Shown here one piece after another: positions 38,896 through 52,729 of a DNA stretch of 64,000 bases (position 1 is its first letter; the number at the start of each line of letters is the position of its first letter). Below the pieces are notes generated by a model. That model searched no databases. It had not been told where the DNA came from and saw only the letters and a program-made list of their open reading frames with translations. The stretch comes from Octopus vulgaris (taxonomy: Eukaryota): positions 1,054,001 to 1,118,000 of the forward strand of contig OX597842.1 in assembly GCA_951406725.2 (NCBI GenBank), in the 5' to 3' direction. The position numbers and the translations under genes are program-made.

Positions 38896-39224
38896 GTCTG
38901 TTATATATATATATATTTGTACATATATGTGTGTGTGTGTGTATAATATATATATACGTATTTTCCCTCCCACACCTATATGCTCTGTCTAACTGACCAC
39001 CTGGACAGTGGTCAGTTAGCAAACCAGCCAGCCGGACAGCATAGTTGTTGTTGTTCATATTTTTTGATTGCTTTTCTTTGTTATGTTTTCTTTTTGTTGT
39101 TTGTTGTCTGTCATCATCTCCTTTGTTACCATTTGTAACCATTATGCTTCTTCTTCGTTTTCTTCTTTATTTTTCTTCTTCCAGTTCTGTATTGTCCTTC
39201 TCCTCTTCATTTCCCTTCTTCTTC

Positions 39225-39780
39225 ACCATCATCATCATCATCATAATAATAATCATCACTTAGGTATTTTCAAATTTCTTCTTTTTCTTCATCATCACCA
39301 CCATCATTATCATCACCACCATTACCATCACTACCATCATCATCAACATCATCATTATCATCACCATCATCATCATCATCATCATCATCATCACCATCAT
39401 CACCATCATCACCATCATCATCATCATCATCACCAACATCACCACCATCACCATCATCACCACCATCACCATCATCATCATCACCATCATTATCATCACC
39501 ATCATCACCATCATTATCATCACCACCATTACCATCACCATCATGATCATCACCACCATCACCATCATCACCACCATCACCATCATCACCACCATCATCA
39601 TCATCATCACTAACATCACCACCATCACCACCATCACCATCATCATCATCACCATCATTATCATCACCACCATCACCATCATTATCATCACCATCATCAC
39701 CATCATTATCATCACCACCATTACCATCACCATCATGATCATCACCACCATCATCATCATCATCATCACCATCGTCATTA
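39225..39780. repeat. (CAT)/(CAC) tract with internal block duplication
   Basis: CATTACCATCACCATCATGATCATCACC occurs at ~39527 and ~39719. Confidence 0.9.
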
Positions 39781-40184
39781 TCAGCTGCAGCAGCAGCAGA
39801 GGCAGTGTCTTTTGCTTTCTTTTTCATAATCATCATCATCATCATTATTATTGTCATCATGGTTATTACCATCTTCATCTTTTTCTCCCTCTACTTCTTC
39901 TTCATCATCATCATCAGCAGCAGCATTTATTGTTTCCTCCTCCATCATCCTCCTCATCATCTCCATCCTTCTCCACCTCATCACCATCCTCAGTCATTTT
40001 TTACTCCTTTTTCTTTGTCCAGCTCTTCCAATCTGACCACCACCACCACCACCCCAACCCCCATCACCCCTGAGTGACCCATGTCCAGAGAGACATCCTA
40101 AGCCACAATAATCATTTATCCATTTATCGGTCAGTCAACAAACTTCCTGTTTGCGGACAGTCATGGGGGCACAAAATATAATTT

Positions 40185-40830
40185 CAACCACCACCACTGC
40201 CACCACCACTACCATCACCCCCGCCACCTTTAGCATACACCAGCAGCTCCACCACAACCATCACTACCACCATCATCACTGCCATCACCACCAATGCCAC
40301 CACCACAACCACCTCCACCACCACCATCACCACAACTATCACCACCATCACCATCAACAGCCCACATCACCACCACCACCAACACCATCATCACTGCCAT
40401 CACCACCACAACTATCACCACCACCACCACCACCACTACCACTAACACCATCACCATCAACAGCCTACATCACCACCACCACCACCACTACCACAACCAT
40501 CACCACCACCACCATCACTAACACCATCAGCATACACCACGACTGCCATCACCACCACCACTACCACTACTACAACCATCACCACCACCACCACCACTAC
40601 TACTACAACCACCACCACCACCACCACCACACCACCACCACCACCACCAACACCATCAGCATACACCACGACTGCCATCACCACCACCACTACTACAACT
40701 ATCACCAACACCACCACCTCCACTACTACAACCATCACCACCACCACCACAACCATCATCACTACCACTACTACAACCATCACCACCACCATCAGTAACC
40801 AACATCACCACCATCACCACCACCACATCA
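40185..40830. repeat. (CAC)-rich tract
   Basis: Seen directly. Confidence 0.9.
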
Positions 40831-41099
40831 CTCATTCTCCTCCTCCTCCTTCCTCCCCCTCCTTTGCAATCCCAAACTGACCACTGCTGCTTTGTGGTCA
40901 GTTGGTCAATCCATCCATATATTCCGTCACTCTGTTTTGGTAAATTAACCAAGATGGTGTCTGCAGGAAAACAATGGAATGTATTGAATGGTTTTGAAGT
41001 CAGTGGGGTCAGTTGGAGAGTGAGCGACTGGTTGGTGGTGGTGGTCATGGTGGGATTCTTGGAAGCCTTTGTCCTTTCCTTCATCCAGTTCTTAAGCTT

Positions 41100-42680
41100 T
41101 CAATTCCTCTCCTCCTCCTCCTCTGCCTTCCAACTCTCCTTTTTCTCCTTCATTCAATTCTTTCTCAATTCCTCTTCTAATTCTTCTTTTCCTTCATCTC
41201 CTCCTTCTTTTTACAGTCCTCCTCCTCCTCCCCTCCCAACTCTCCTTCCTCTTCTTCTTTCAGTCCTCCTTTTCCTCCCTCTCCCACCTCTTCTTCTTCT
41301 TTCTCAATTCCTCTTCTAAATCTTCTTTATTCAGTTCTTCTTCTTTTCCTTCACCCCCCTCCTTCTCTTTCTTCTTCCTCTTCTCCTTCTTCTTTCAGTC
41401 CTCCTCCTCCTCCTCCCAACTCTTCTTCTTCCTCTTTCAACTCTTCTTTCTCAATTCCTCTTCTTTATTCAGTTCTTCTTCTTTTCCTTCACCCCTCCTC
41501 CTTCTTCTTCTTTCAGTCCTCCTCCTCCCAACTCTTCTCCTTCCTCTTCTAATTCTTCTTTATTCAGTTCTTCTTCTTTTCCTTCACCTCCTCCTCCTCC
41601 TCCTCCTTCCACTCTCGCTTCTCCTCCTTCTCCCCTTCCTCTTCCACTTTCTCCTAATTCTTCTACATACCACCACCACCACCTCTACCGCCGCCACAGT
41701 TTACCTGTAACCAAAACTTACAACCACAATCCTTACCAACCCTAACCACAACCCCCACCACACACACACAAAACCACTGCCACCAACAACAACACCACCA
41801 CCACCACTATCGCCAAAAGCAGGCTAAAGTCATTTTGAGGAAGATAGCCATTTTCCTCTCTTTTTTGTTTTACTCTGGACATCTGCAGATTTAGACATTT
41901 TCTTTTCATCAAGCCTTCTTTTCCCCACTCTCTCTCTCTCTGTTTGTCTTTCCCTCTTCTCTCTCTCTCTCTCCAGGTATCTCTGTCCCTGTCTCTCTTT
42001 GTCTCTCCCTCTTCTCTCTCTCTCTCTCTCTCTCCTTCTCTCCAGATATCTCTCCTTCTTCATGTATCTCTGTCTCTCTCTCTCTCTTTCTTTGTCTTTC
42101 CCTTCCCAATTTCCTCTCTCACTCCCTCTGTCTCAGACACATACACTCCTTCTTTCACTATTTCTCTCTCTCTCCCTCTCTATTCGTGTTTCTCTCTCTC
42201 TCTTTGTATTCCTGTCGCTCTGTATTACTCTCTCTCTTCTCTCTTTCTCTATTTCCTCCCTCTCTCTGTATTCCTGTCTTTCTCCATCTCCTACTCACTT
42301 TCTCTCTCTCTCTTCACTCTCTTTCACTTTGTCATTCTGTCACTTTCTCACTGTCTCCAACACACACACACACGCACACAAACACACACACGCACACAAA
42401 CACACACACACACACTGTCACCTTTTCTCCCTCTCATAATCTCTATCACTCTCTCTACTGCATACTCTCTCATCCTCTCTTTCTCAAATACACACATACA
42501 AACACACTCTCTCTCTCTCTCTCTCTCTCTTTTTCTTTCTCACTCACTCTTTCTCTCTCTCTCTCCCTGACATTCTCACACACACACCCTCAATCTCATA
42601 TACACACCACCCTCTCCCTCTCTCAGTCCCCTTCTCTCCCTCTCTCTCTCTGTCCCCCCTCCCCCTCTCTCTTGCCTCCT
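41100..42680. repeat. polypyrimidine (CTT/CCT/CT) and CA low-complexity region
   Basis: Seen directly. Confidence 0.9.
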
Positions 42681-42906
42681 TTAACTCCAGCCAATCTCTT
42701 CACTGACCACATTCGTTTTGATGTCTTTTATCTGTGACAAGATGACCGATAAGGGGGGAGTGGACATTACATTATGAGATCAGTGGGTGGTTTTACATGG
42801 TGTACAACAACAGCAATAATAATAATAATAATAATAACAATAATAATAATAATAATAACAATAATAATAGTAATAATAATAATAATAATAATATTAATAA
42901 TAATAA

Positions 42907-43000
42907 TACCCTTATCAGATGGGTAGTCATGATGGGTATACTGGGCTTAGTATATTTTACCCCAGTGTCACTTTGATGGCATGAACTGCTCTCTCACTCA
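42907..43000 (+). mobile_element. 5'-truncated copy of the (TAA)n-embedded element at 12277-12832
   Basis: Reverse complement of 12277-12370 with few mismatches. Confidence 0.8.
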
Positions 43001-43038
43001 ATAATAATAATAATAATAGTAATAATAATAATAATAAT

Positions 43039-43074
<36 letters not shown>

Positions 43075-43103
43075 TATAATAATAATTATAATAATAATAA
43101 CAA

Positions 43104-43432
43104 TAAAGAAATGGAGAAACTCTCAAAATACAAAGACCTGGAAATAGAGGTAACTAGAATGTGGAACCTGAAAACAGAAACAATTCCTATCATAGTAGGT
43201 GCATTAGGCATGATAAAAAAATATTCAGACAAATACATAACAAAAACACCAGGACTTACAAACACATATAACATACAGAAAATTGCACTACTGGGCACTG
43301 CACACATCCTACGCAGAACACTTTCCATACAATAACCATCAGAGCATCACAACAAATCACAGCACATACCCAGGGCACACAGAGCTGCGCTCGGTAGTGA
43401 AGTGAAAGCACGCTATAAAAATAAAACTACTG
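43104..43432 (+). mobile_element. R4/Dong-clade non-LTR retrotransposon 3' end in (TAA)n
   Basis: EKLSKYKDLEIEVTRMWNLKTETIPIIVGALG...QKIALLGTAHILRRTL* (RLE C-terminus) plus ~100 bp UTR; TAA targeting is known for Dong. Confidence 0.88.
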
Positions 43433-43445
43433 AATAATAATAATA

Positions 43446-43483
<38 letters not shown>

Positions 43484-43528
43484 TATAATAATAATAATAA
43501 TTATAATAGTAATAATAATAATAATAAT

Positions 43529-43591
<63 letters not shown>

Positions 43592-43636
43592 TATAATAAT
43601 AATAATAATTATAATAGTAATAATAATAATAATAAT

Positions 43637-43724
<88 letters not shown>

Positions 43725-43777
43725 GTAATAATAATAATTATAATAATAATAATAATTATAATAGTAATAATAATAAT

Positions 43778-43816
<39 letters not shown>

Positions 43817-43891
43817 TATAATAATAATAATAGTAATAATAATAATTATAATAATAATAATAATTATAATAGTAATAATAATAATAATAAT

Positions 43892-44441
<550 letters not shown>

Positions 44442-44459
44442 TAACAACAACAACAATAT

Positions 44460-45156
44460 TTTCTACTAAAGGCACAAGGCCTGACATTTTGGGGGCAGGG
44501 ACTAGTTGATTACATCAACCCCAGTGTTTCACTGGTATTTAATTTATCGACACCAAAAAGATAAAAGGCAAAGTTGACCACGGCAGAATTTGAACTCAGA
44601 ACGTAAATACAGATGAAATACCTCTAAGTATTTTGTCAGTGTGTTAACGATTCTGTCTGCTTGCCGCCATAATAACAACAACAACAACAACAATAATAAT
44701 CCCTTGTATTATAGGTACAAGGACTGGAATTTGTGGGGAGGGATAAATCAATTATGCCAACTCCAGTACTCAATGGGTACTTAATCTATCGACCTCCAAA
44801 AGGATGAAAGGTAAAGATGACCCCAGTAGAATTTGAACTCAGGACATAGTGGCAGAAGAAATACCATTAAACATTTTGCCTGGTGTGCTAATGATTCTGG
44901 AGATGTACCTGCATAGCAAGTGACCTGATCTGAGATTGTGTGCTGAAACAAAAACAATCACAGTGTGGAAGGTGTTTATAAGCCATTTAAGAAACACACA
45001 AAAACCATTAGATTCACTTCAACATTTAAGTTTAATTTGTCAAAAGCGACAAAAATATTTTGGCAAATTAAACTTAAATGTTGAAGTGAATCGAACGGTT
45101 TTTGTGTGTTTCTTAAATGGCTTATAAACACCTTCCACACTAATGATTCTGCCAGC

Positions 45157-45158
<2 letters not shown>
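44460..45158 (-). mobile_element. two degenerate SINE family B copies, the second interrupted at 44900-45139
   Basis: GAATTTGAACTCAG and AAGGATGAAAGG motifs; head GATTCTGCCAGC. Confidence 0.7.
44900..45139. mobile_element. 240 bp insert with ~83 bp inverted arms and a 12 bp flanking duplication
   Basis: CTAATGATTCTG at 44888-44899 and 45140-45151; arms 44963-45046 and 45059-45141. Confidence 0.75.
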
Positions 45159-45159
<1 letters not shown>

Positions 45160-45189
<30 letters not shown>

Positions 45190-45252
45190 GTAGTAATAAT
45201 AATAATTATAATAATAATAATAATAATTATAATAATGATAATGATAATAATA

Positions 45253-45283
<31 letters not shown>

Positions 45284-45315
45284 TGATAGTAGTAATAATA
45301 ATAATGATGATAATA

Positions 45316-45346
<31 letters not shown>

Positions 45347-45348
45347 TA

Positions 45349-45403
<55 letters not shown>

Positions 45404-45423
45404 TGGTAATAATAATAATAGTA

Positions 45424-45457
<34 letters not shown>
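45160..45457. repeat. (TAA)n/(TGA) tract
   Basis: Seen directly. Confidence 0.95.
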
Positions 45458-45807
45458 GACTATATAGGACCGAGGTAACTCATCCAGAGTTATACACAAA
45501 TAAATAGAAGAGTACCATATCATGTGAAATTGGTTGAACAATATTTCAGCATCGAGCGTGCCTTCCACAGGTTCAAAATTACATGTCAGTCTATTTCATT
45601 CTTAACTAAGATGACGACATAGAAGAAGGGAGTAAAAGAATAAGGAGATGGAGAGAACCCACACGGATATATGCAGGACTGCACCTAAGGACTCATGCTC
45701 TGGTTTCTATAACTTTGGAAAGTTGAACTTTTATGCTTTTTTTTTCTTCTTTCTCTCCATATCCTTCTTTTATTCCCTTCCTCTATGTCATCATCTTATT
45801 AATATAT

Positions 45808-46480
45808 ACCTGTGTCGGTGGCACATAAAAAACACAATCCAAGCGTGGCCGTTCGCCAGCCTTGTCTGGCACCTGTGTCGGTGGCACATAAAAAAACACC
45901 ATCCGAGCGTGGCCGTCCGCCAGCCCCGTCTGGCACCTGTTTCGGTGGCACATAAAAAACACAATCCAAGCGTAGCCGTCTGCCAGCCTCGTCTGGCACC
46001 TGTGTCGGTGGCACATAAAAAACACTAAAGGTATTGTAAAAAGCCTGGTGGGAGGCCCTACCATCCTGGTTCTTTTTACAGGGCCTAGAAAAAACTGAAG
46101 GGCTGCTGTGTGTGAATCTGGGAGGGGAATATGACGAATAAAATTCTAATTTTACCCAAAACCAGGATCTTTTCAGCACCCACTACACTCACGGAGTGGT
46201 TGGCATTAGGAAGGGCATCCAGCCGTAGAAACACTGCCAGATCAGACTGGAGCCTGGTGCAGCCTTCTGGCTTCCCAGACCCCAGTTGAACCGTCCAACC
46301 CATGCTAGCAGGGAAAGCTGACGTTAAATGATGATGACGATGATGATGATGAGAGGATTCTGATAAATTCCTGGCGCTAAGAGGCTCAACCATCCTGGTT
46401 CTTTTTACAGGGCCTAGAAAAAAACTGAAGGGCTGCTGTGTGTGAATCTGGGAGGGAAATATATTTCAAATAAAATCATA
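45808..46480 (+). mobile_element. RTE 3' end interleaved with two mariner-MITE fragments (46026-46180, 46365-46480)
   Basis: Four ~62 bp UTR repeats; MITE pieces match 35091-35312. Confidence 0.75.
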
Positions 46481-47059
46481 AAAGCCGGGTAGAATTATGA
46501 TTTTACCTGGCACCCATCAAATATATGTGTGTGCATGTGTGTGTGTGTGATGTAATGGTATTGATGGCATTAATGATGGTGTTCTTATTGTTGGTGGTGA
46601 TGGCATCTATGGTATTGTTTGTGTTGATGGCAGTGGTGATGGTCATGGTTTTAAGTGGTGGAGTAGTGGTAGTGGTATTAGCATGGTGATTGGGGTTGGT
46701 GTTTTGGGCCATAGCAGCACTCTTGCTTTTGACATTGACAGTGGTGGTCATCTTGGGATAGGTGGTGATGCTGTTGTTGATGTTGGAGGGGGATTATGGT
46801 GGTGGCGGTGGTTGTGGTGGTGGTAGTGGTGGGGGGGTGAGGTGGTCATGGTCGTGGTCATTGTGTTAGAATGTCTGACCTTGAAGATCTGATGCAATTT
46901 GTCTGGGATGGCATGGAATGGAAAGGAGCAGGGCAGCTGAAGGGTTTTAAGGTTAGTTTTAGGGTTTAGGGTCTGGAAACGAAATGAAGGAGAGACGGAT
47001 TGGGGTGGGAGAGGGTGATTAAAGCTAGGGAGAAAATTGCTGAGGGGGAAAATACCACA

Positions 47060-47580
47060 AGACAATAAGAAAGAAAGGAAAGTAAGGAGGAAAGAAGAAA
47101 TAAAGAAGGAAAGAAAGAAAGAAAGAAAGAAGGAAAGAAAAAATATATGACAGAATGGAAAATGAAAGGAAGAAAGGAAAAGCGAAGCAGGAAGGAAAGA
47201 ATGAAAGAACAAGAGAAAGAATGAGACAATAAGTGTAAGAGAGAAAGAGGGATGTAAGGAAAAAAGAATGAAGAATGGATGAATGAAAGAAAATGAAAGA
47301 GGAGGAAGGGAAGAAATACAAGAATGATGACGATAAATGGAGACGAAGAGGAGAGGAAAAAGAATAAGGAGAAGAAAAAGAAAAATAAAGATGAGAAGTG
47401 AAAGAAGAACTGGAAGAAGGAAAAGAAAAAGAAGAATTGAAAGAAAAGTTAGAAAAAGAAGAAGAAGAATTGGATGAAGAAAAAGAATTGGAAGAAGAAG
47501 AAGAATTGGAAGAAGAAGAAGAAGAAGAAGAAGAAGAAGAAGAAGAAGAAGAAGAAGAATTTGGAAGAAGGAGAAGAAAT
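47060..47580. repeat. polypurine (GAA)n tract
   Basis: Seen directly. Confidence 0.9.
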
Positions 47581-48205
47581 GTCAGAATGATAAGACAGAA
47601 TGTAAACAGATCACGAAGACAAATGATTCACTTTAGCAATTTCGGTGAATGGCACAGAGTGAGGAGAGATTCCCTCGCCGCATGGAATCAGAAAATGCAA
47701 TAACGTTCCGTGGACTGACCAGCAGGGGAAATAAAGCCAGTCTTTAATGCAAGCTGACCATTTATTAGCGTTGTAAGCCTTAATAGGAATGCTATCATGG
47801 GGGTATGGTTTATGCTGCGTACACAACTCCCCGACCAATTTATATACACATATATTTATCACCGAAAGATCCTAGTTGAGTTTGAAACCATTAACTTCTC
47901 AATAACATGTGAAATTGTCTTCCATTGTCTGACTTCTGTCATGTCACCCATCTTTAATATTTCGCCTTCCATTATATTTTCGATATCTGATGGCCGCTAT
48001 CTTCTGTCTTCCGTTTTGCCTTCCTTCCTGTTTTTCTTTCTTCTTTTTATCTCTCGTTCACAAATGCAGGCATTGCTTGGCTGTGTGGTCAAGAAGCATG
48101 TTTTTGCAGTCTCGTGTTTTCAGGTTCAATCCAAATGATGTGACACCTTGGGCCAGCTGTTTCTGCTAATAAATGCAATGGGCTCATAGTTGAGTGACTG
48201 AATAA

Positions 48206-48716
48206 TCTCTCTCTATATAAACGGCAGTTTGTCTCTCTGTGTGTCTGTCAGGTTGTACCCTCACCCTGACCACAGTTTTCAACCAATTCTGATGAAACTT
48301 GACACACACATAGCCCAATGTCATAATTCAAAACTAATGCAGCGAAAATTTTGAAAAGTTCCCCCAGTTCTGAAAAAAATCGATAAGTTCGACATGGGGT
48401 CAAGAATCTAAGCTTTTTATATACAACGCATTTTCTGTTGTAGTTTTCGCAACTTGCAATCAATTTTCACCAAACTCATGGTGAAGCTTAACGTTACCCT
48501 AAGGAACTTAATTCTGACGTTAGTTTTCCATGCAATACCTTACCATCAGAAAAAATCGATAAAAATCATGCCATTTTGGGAAATCGCGTTCAAATTCAAG
48601 ATGACATATTTTCGACAATATCTTTCACAAATTGGCAGGAAATTAGAGGGAAAGTACTAGATTGGGATTAGTCATTACCTACTAGGGGCTCTTACATACC
48701 CGGGCAACGCTGCTAG
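48206..48716 (+). mobile_element. non-autonomous Helitron (~510 bp, second family)
   Basis: A|TCTCTCTCTATATAAA start, TTTCAACCAATTCTGATGAAACTTG body, CCCGGGCAACGC partial hairpin, CTAG|T end. Confidence 0.75.
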
Positions 48717-48754
48717 TAATTCATATCTTCAACAGCCAACAGGTTTGCCAGAGC

Positions 48755-49365
48755 AACCAACTGGCCTCCGTGCCAGTGGCACGTAAAAGGGCACCATTCG
48801 AGTGTGATCGTTACCAACACCACCTTACTGGCACTCGAGCCCCGTGCTAGTAGGGTATTAAGAGCACCATCCGAGCATGATCATTGCCAGAGCGGCTATC
48901 TGGGCTCTGTGCCAGTGGCACGTAAAAGGGCACCATTCGAGTGTGATCGTTACCAGCATTGCCTTACTGGCACTCGAGCCCCGTCCTAGTAGGGTATTAA
49001 GAGCATCATCTGAGCATGATCGTTGCCAGAGCGGCTATCTGGCCTCTGTGCCGGTGGCACATAAAAGGGCACCATTCAAGCATGATCATTACCAATGTCG
49101 CTTTACTGGCACCTGTGCCGGTGGCATGTGTAAAAGATTCGAGCGAAGTCATTGCCAGTACCGCCTGACTGGCCCCTGTGCAGGTGGCACATAAAAAGCA
49201 CCCACTACACTCTCGGAGTGGTTGGCGTTAGGAAGGGCATCCAGCTGTAGAAACTCTGCCAAATCAAGATTGGAGCCTGGTGCAATCATCTGGTTCGCCA
49301 GACCTCAGTCAAATCGTCCAACCCATGCTAGCATGGAAAGCGGACATTAAACGATGATGATGATC
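48755..49365 (+). mobile_element. RTE 3' end with expanded UTR repeats
   Basis: Reverse complement of 18163-18710 with an extra ~139 bp duplication. Confidence 0.85.
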
Positions 49366-49499
49366 ATCATCAGAGCTTTAAACATCAAACACACTTAAAT
49401 CATCTTCTATCGTGCCTTTTTTCTCTGCATCCTGTCTTCTGAGTTTTCTTCTGATATACATACTTACATCTTTATATTCTTCTCCAATGCCTCCTCTTT

Positions 49500-50660
49500 A
49501 ATAGCAGGACACCTCTTTCTGCCTCTCTATATCTCTCTCACGCTCTAACCTTTCGTCATCTGACACAAGATCACCTCCTCCAATGCCCCCATCCCTCTCA
49601 AAATCCATTGTCTTGCAAGTTACCTGGTGCTGGTGCTACATAAAAAGTATTCTATCCACACTGTGAAATGATTGGCATTTGGAAGGGCATCCAACTGTAA
49701 AAACCTTTCCAAAACTAACCTCACCTGTGCTGGTGTCATGTAAAAAGCATTCTGTCCACACTGTGAAGTGGTTGGAATTTAGAAGGGCCTCCAGCTGTAA
49801 AAACCTTTCCAAAACTGATAAACTGACCTCACCTGTGCTGGTGCCACATAAAAAGCATCCAGTCCACACTGCGAAGTGGTTGGCATTTGGAAGGGCATCC
49901 AGCTATAATAACCTTTCCAAAACTGACCTCACCTGTGCTGGTGCCATGTAAAAATCACTGAGTCCACTTTGCAGAATGGGTGGTGTTAGGAAGGGCATCC
50001 AGCTGTAAAATCCCTGACAAAACAGACACAGTAGCCTAGGGTACTCTTCTACCTGGCTGGCTCCTGTCAAACCATCCAACCCATGACAGCATGGAAAGCA
50101 GACGTTAAACAATGATGATGATGATGAGACTGTTTCATTTACTTTATTGGTCTTCTATATTACATAGTCTTCATTTCTCTTCTGACTTGTGTTTCTACCA
50201 TATTCGTATGCTCAAATCCCGGGCTCAGTTTATATAAATATATAATACACACATATAAACAAGACAGCCATCCCTGTCCCTCTGTCGTACTCCAACCTCT
50301 CACCTGGCACACAGCTACTTCTCTTGCTTCCTCTCCCAGTCTTAGCTGAGATGTATTTGGCTTGCAAGCCACTTGGTGACCCTATGGGTGTTGGTGCCAT
50401 GTAAAAGCACTTGTGCTGGTTTCACATAAGAAGCATCTGTGTTGGTGTCACATAAAAAGCACTCGTGCTGGTGCCATGTAAAAAGCACTCATGGTGGTGC
50501 CACGTAACAGGCAACCATGCTGGTGCCACACGAAAAGCAACCAGTACACTCTATAAAGTGGCTGGCATTGGAAACAGCATCCAGCCACAGAAACCATGCC
50601 TTAAAAGACAATGGTAGCTGGTACAGCCCTCCAGTTTGCAAGCACCTCTCAGACCATCAT
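49500..50660 (+). mobile_element. older RTE-tail variants, including ~4 tandem ~110 bp units at 49625-50010
   Basis: Repeated GTGCTGGTGCCA(C/T)(A/G)TAAAA..GGAAGGGCATCCA; (GAT)n at 50113. Confidence 0.65.
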
Positions 50661-51735
50661 CATCATCATTATTTGACCATGGTCAAGACAATGGAATTTA
50701 CTATGTTACTCCAGACTTCACGGTCCATCATAGCATTACGGAGGTCCTGTTGCTGGATGCCTGTATTACATCAGGGCAGGAGCATGTGCGCCCTCTGGTA
50801 TCGTGAGCAGATGGCTTCCAGAGGAGAAGAGTAGAAATTACCTCGTTTTCAGCTCTACAACAATGTCCAGCAAACTGGACTCTCCTACCTTTCACAAGAG
50901 ATGACACAGGTGGTAGTTTCCCATATATTTGCACTTTGGTTGGATGACGCTTCCACAAGAGATTTTCAGCTCTCATAAGGAGGCGAGTGTAGGTTCCATC
51001 CAACTGCCTCTCAAGCTTCTTTGATAACGTCCAGGTTTCTGAGCCATATAGTAGAATTGGTTCGACTGTGGCTTTGAAGATTTTAAGTTTGAAATCGCTA
51101 CTTAGATTTGATGACCAGATCTTGTGCATATCATTACAGGCTGACCAGGCCATACCCTTTCTAGTTAGAAAATCTTTTCCAGATGATGACATGTATGACC
51201 CAAGATATTTGTAATCAGAAACCATATTTGAGAGCGTATTGTTAAGAGCAGTCAGAACCATCTGAACGTGGCCGTTGCCAGCGCTGCCCCGACTGGTTTC
51301 CGTGCCTGTGGCACGTAAAAAGCACCATCCGATCGTGGCCGTTTGCCAGCCTCGTCTGGCACGTAAAAAGCACCCAACTACACTCATGGAGTGGTTGGCG
51401 TTAGGAAGGGCATCCAGCTGTAGAAACATTGCCAGATCAGACTGGGTCTGGTGCAGCCTTCTGGCTTACCAGTTGCACTGTCCAACCCATGCCAGCATGG
51501 AAAGCGGACGCTAAACGACGACGATGATGATGATGATGATTGTTGAGAGTATGGATGATGAAATCACTGTCGGACAGGCACTTGTTTATATATTCAGTCT
51601 TGGCCTCATTGAGGTAAAGACCTACACAATTTGAGGCTTGTTCAAGAGATTGTAAAAGAGACTGGGCATTGGAGAGAGAATTACTGATAAGAGTGATGTC
51701 GTCAGCAAAGTCAGTGTCTATCAAGTGTTCAAAAT
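50660..51735 (-). pseudogene. RTE-clade LINE reverse transcriptase 3' fragment, split by an insertion
   Basis: DTDFADDITLIS...GLYLNEAKTEY / DYKYLGS...KIFKATVEPILLYGSETWTL...RRVQFAGHC (FADD, YLGS and YGSETW motifs). Confidence 0.93.
51250..51539 (+). mobile_element. RTE 3' end inserted in the older LINE
   Basis: TSD-like TTGTTAAGAG / TTGTTGAGAG; (GAT)n tail. Confidence 0.85.
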
Positions 51736-51901
51736 CCAACCCATGCCAGCATGGAAAACAGGCTTCGAATGATGATGATGATATTTATCAACAAAAGCAG
51801 CTAGTTGAGCTTCAGACATAAGTTTTAATAACAACAATATTATCAACGAAATATTTTTACACTTCTTCCATCAAGCTTCCTCTTACAAATATATTTATAA
51901 A

Positions 51902-52288
51902 CTAGCAGTATCATCCGGCGTTGCCCGGGTTTGTAAGGGAAATAACTATATAAGCATTTTTAGAGATGTAAAGTATAATAGCCATCTCAATATGGCTAAC
52001 CACAAAGGGGGGTGTTACTGTAGCTTTTTAGCCCCAGGAGATCACGTCTCCAGCTGGCTTTAGACACACTTTCTGTGCCCTTATGGTATTTGCAAAGAGA
52101 GGCCATCCCCTTTGCAAATACCATAAGGGCACAGATAGTGTGCCTAAAGCCAGCTGGAGACGTGATCTCCTGGGGCTAAAAAGCTACAGTAACACCCCCC
52201 CCTTTGTGGTTAGCCATATTGAGATGGCTATTATACTTTACATTGTCGAGCGATTACTATTTACATCTCGTTCTGAGATTTAATAATG

Positions 52289-52328
<40 letters not shown>

Positions 52329-52729
52329 TAGCAGTATCGCCCGGCGTTGCTCAGGTTTGTAAGGGAAATAACTATATAAGCATTTTTAGAGATGTAAAGT
52401 ATAATAGCCATCTCAATATGGTTAACCACAAAGGGCGAGGGTGTTACTGTAGCTTTTTACGTTCTGAGATTTAATAATAAATTTTTAGAGAGTTACTTCC
52501 CTTATATAATAGCAAAAAAAATGCATTAAAAATGGAAAAAAATTATGGTAAATATTTTTTTAAATCGTAGTCTCATCGTAGATGCGCGCTAATACCCAGA
52601 AGGGCTCGATATGAATCACGACTATAAGATACCCTCTTTTGGTTACACTGCACCGCAAAATGTGGGAGTAGTTAGGAATCTAAATCGTAGGAGACAGACA
52701 GCACACAACCTCACTTTTATATATATAGA
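51902..52729 (-). mobile_element. tandem Helitrons: fold-back partial copy (51902-~52285) and complete copy (52328-52729)
   Basis: Two A|CTAGCAGTATC.CC.GGCGTTGC ends; TC start at 52729; homologous to 6952-7249. Confidence 0.85.

Noticed and set aside
39068-40798. His-rich and Asp/Gly-rich ORFs resembling cephalopod beak or biomineral proteins
   Set aside because: CAT/CAC microsatellite open in most frames; no signal peptide, splice context or non-repetitive domain
46940-46972. Telomere-like TTAGGG repeats
   Set aside because: Only two imperfect units
47398-47703. Glu-rich ORF
   Set aside because: Derived from a (GAA)n tract, with a non-ATG start
50728-51429. 233 aa ORF as a functional gene
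   Set aside because: Chimera of an antisense RTE UTR insertion and a broken RT frame
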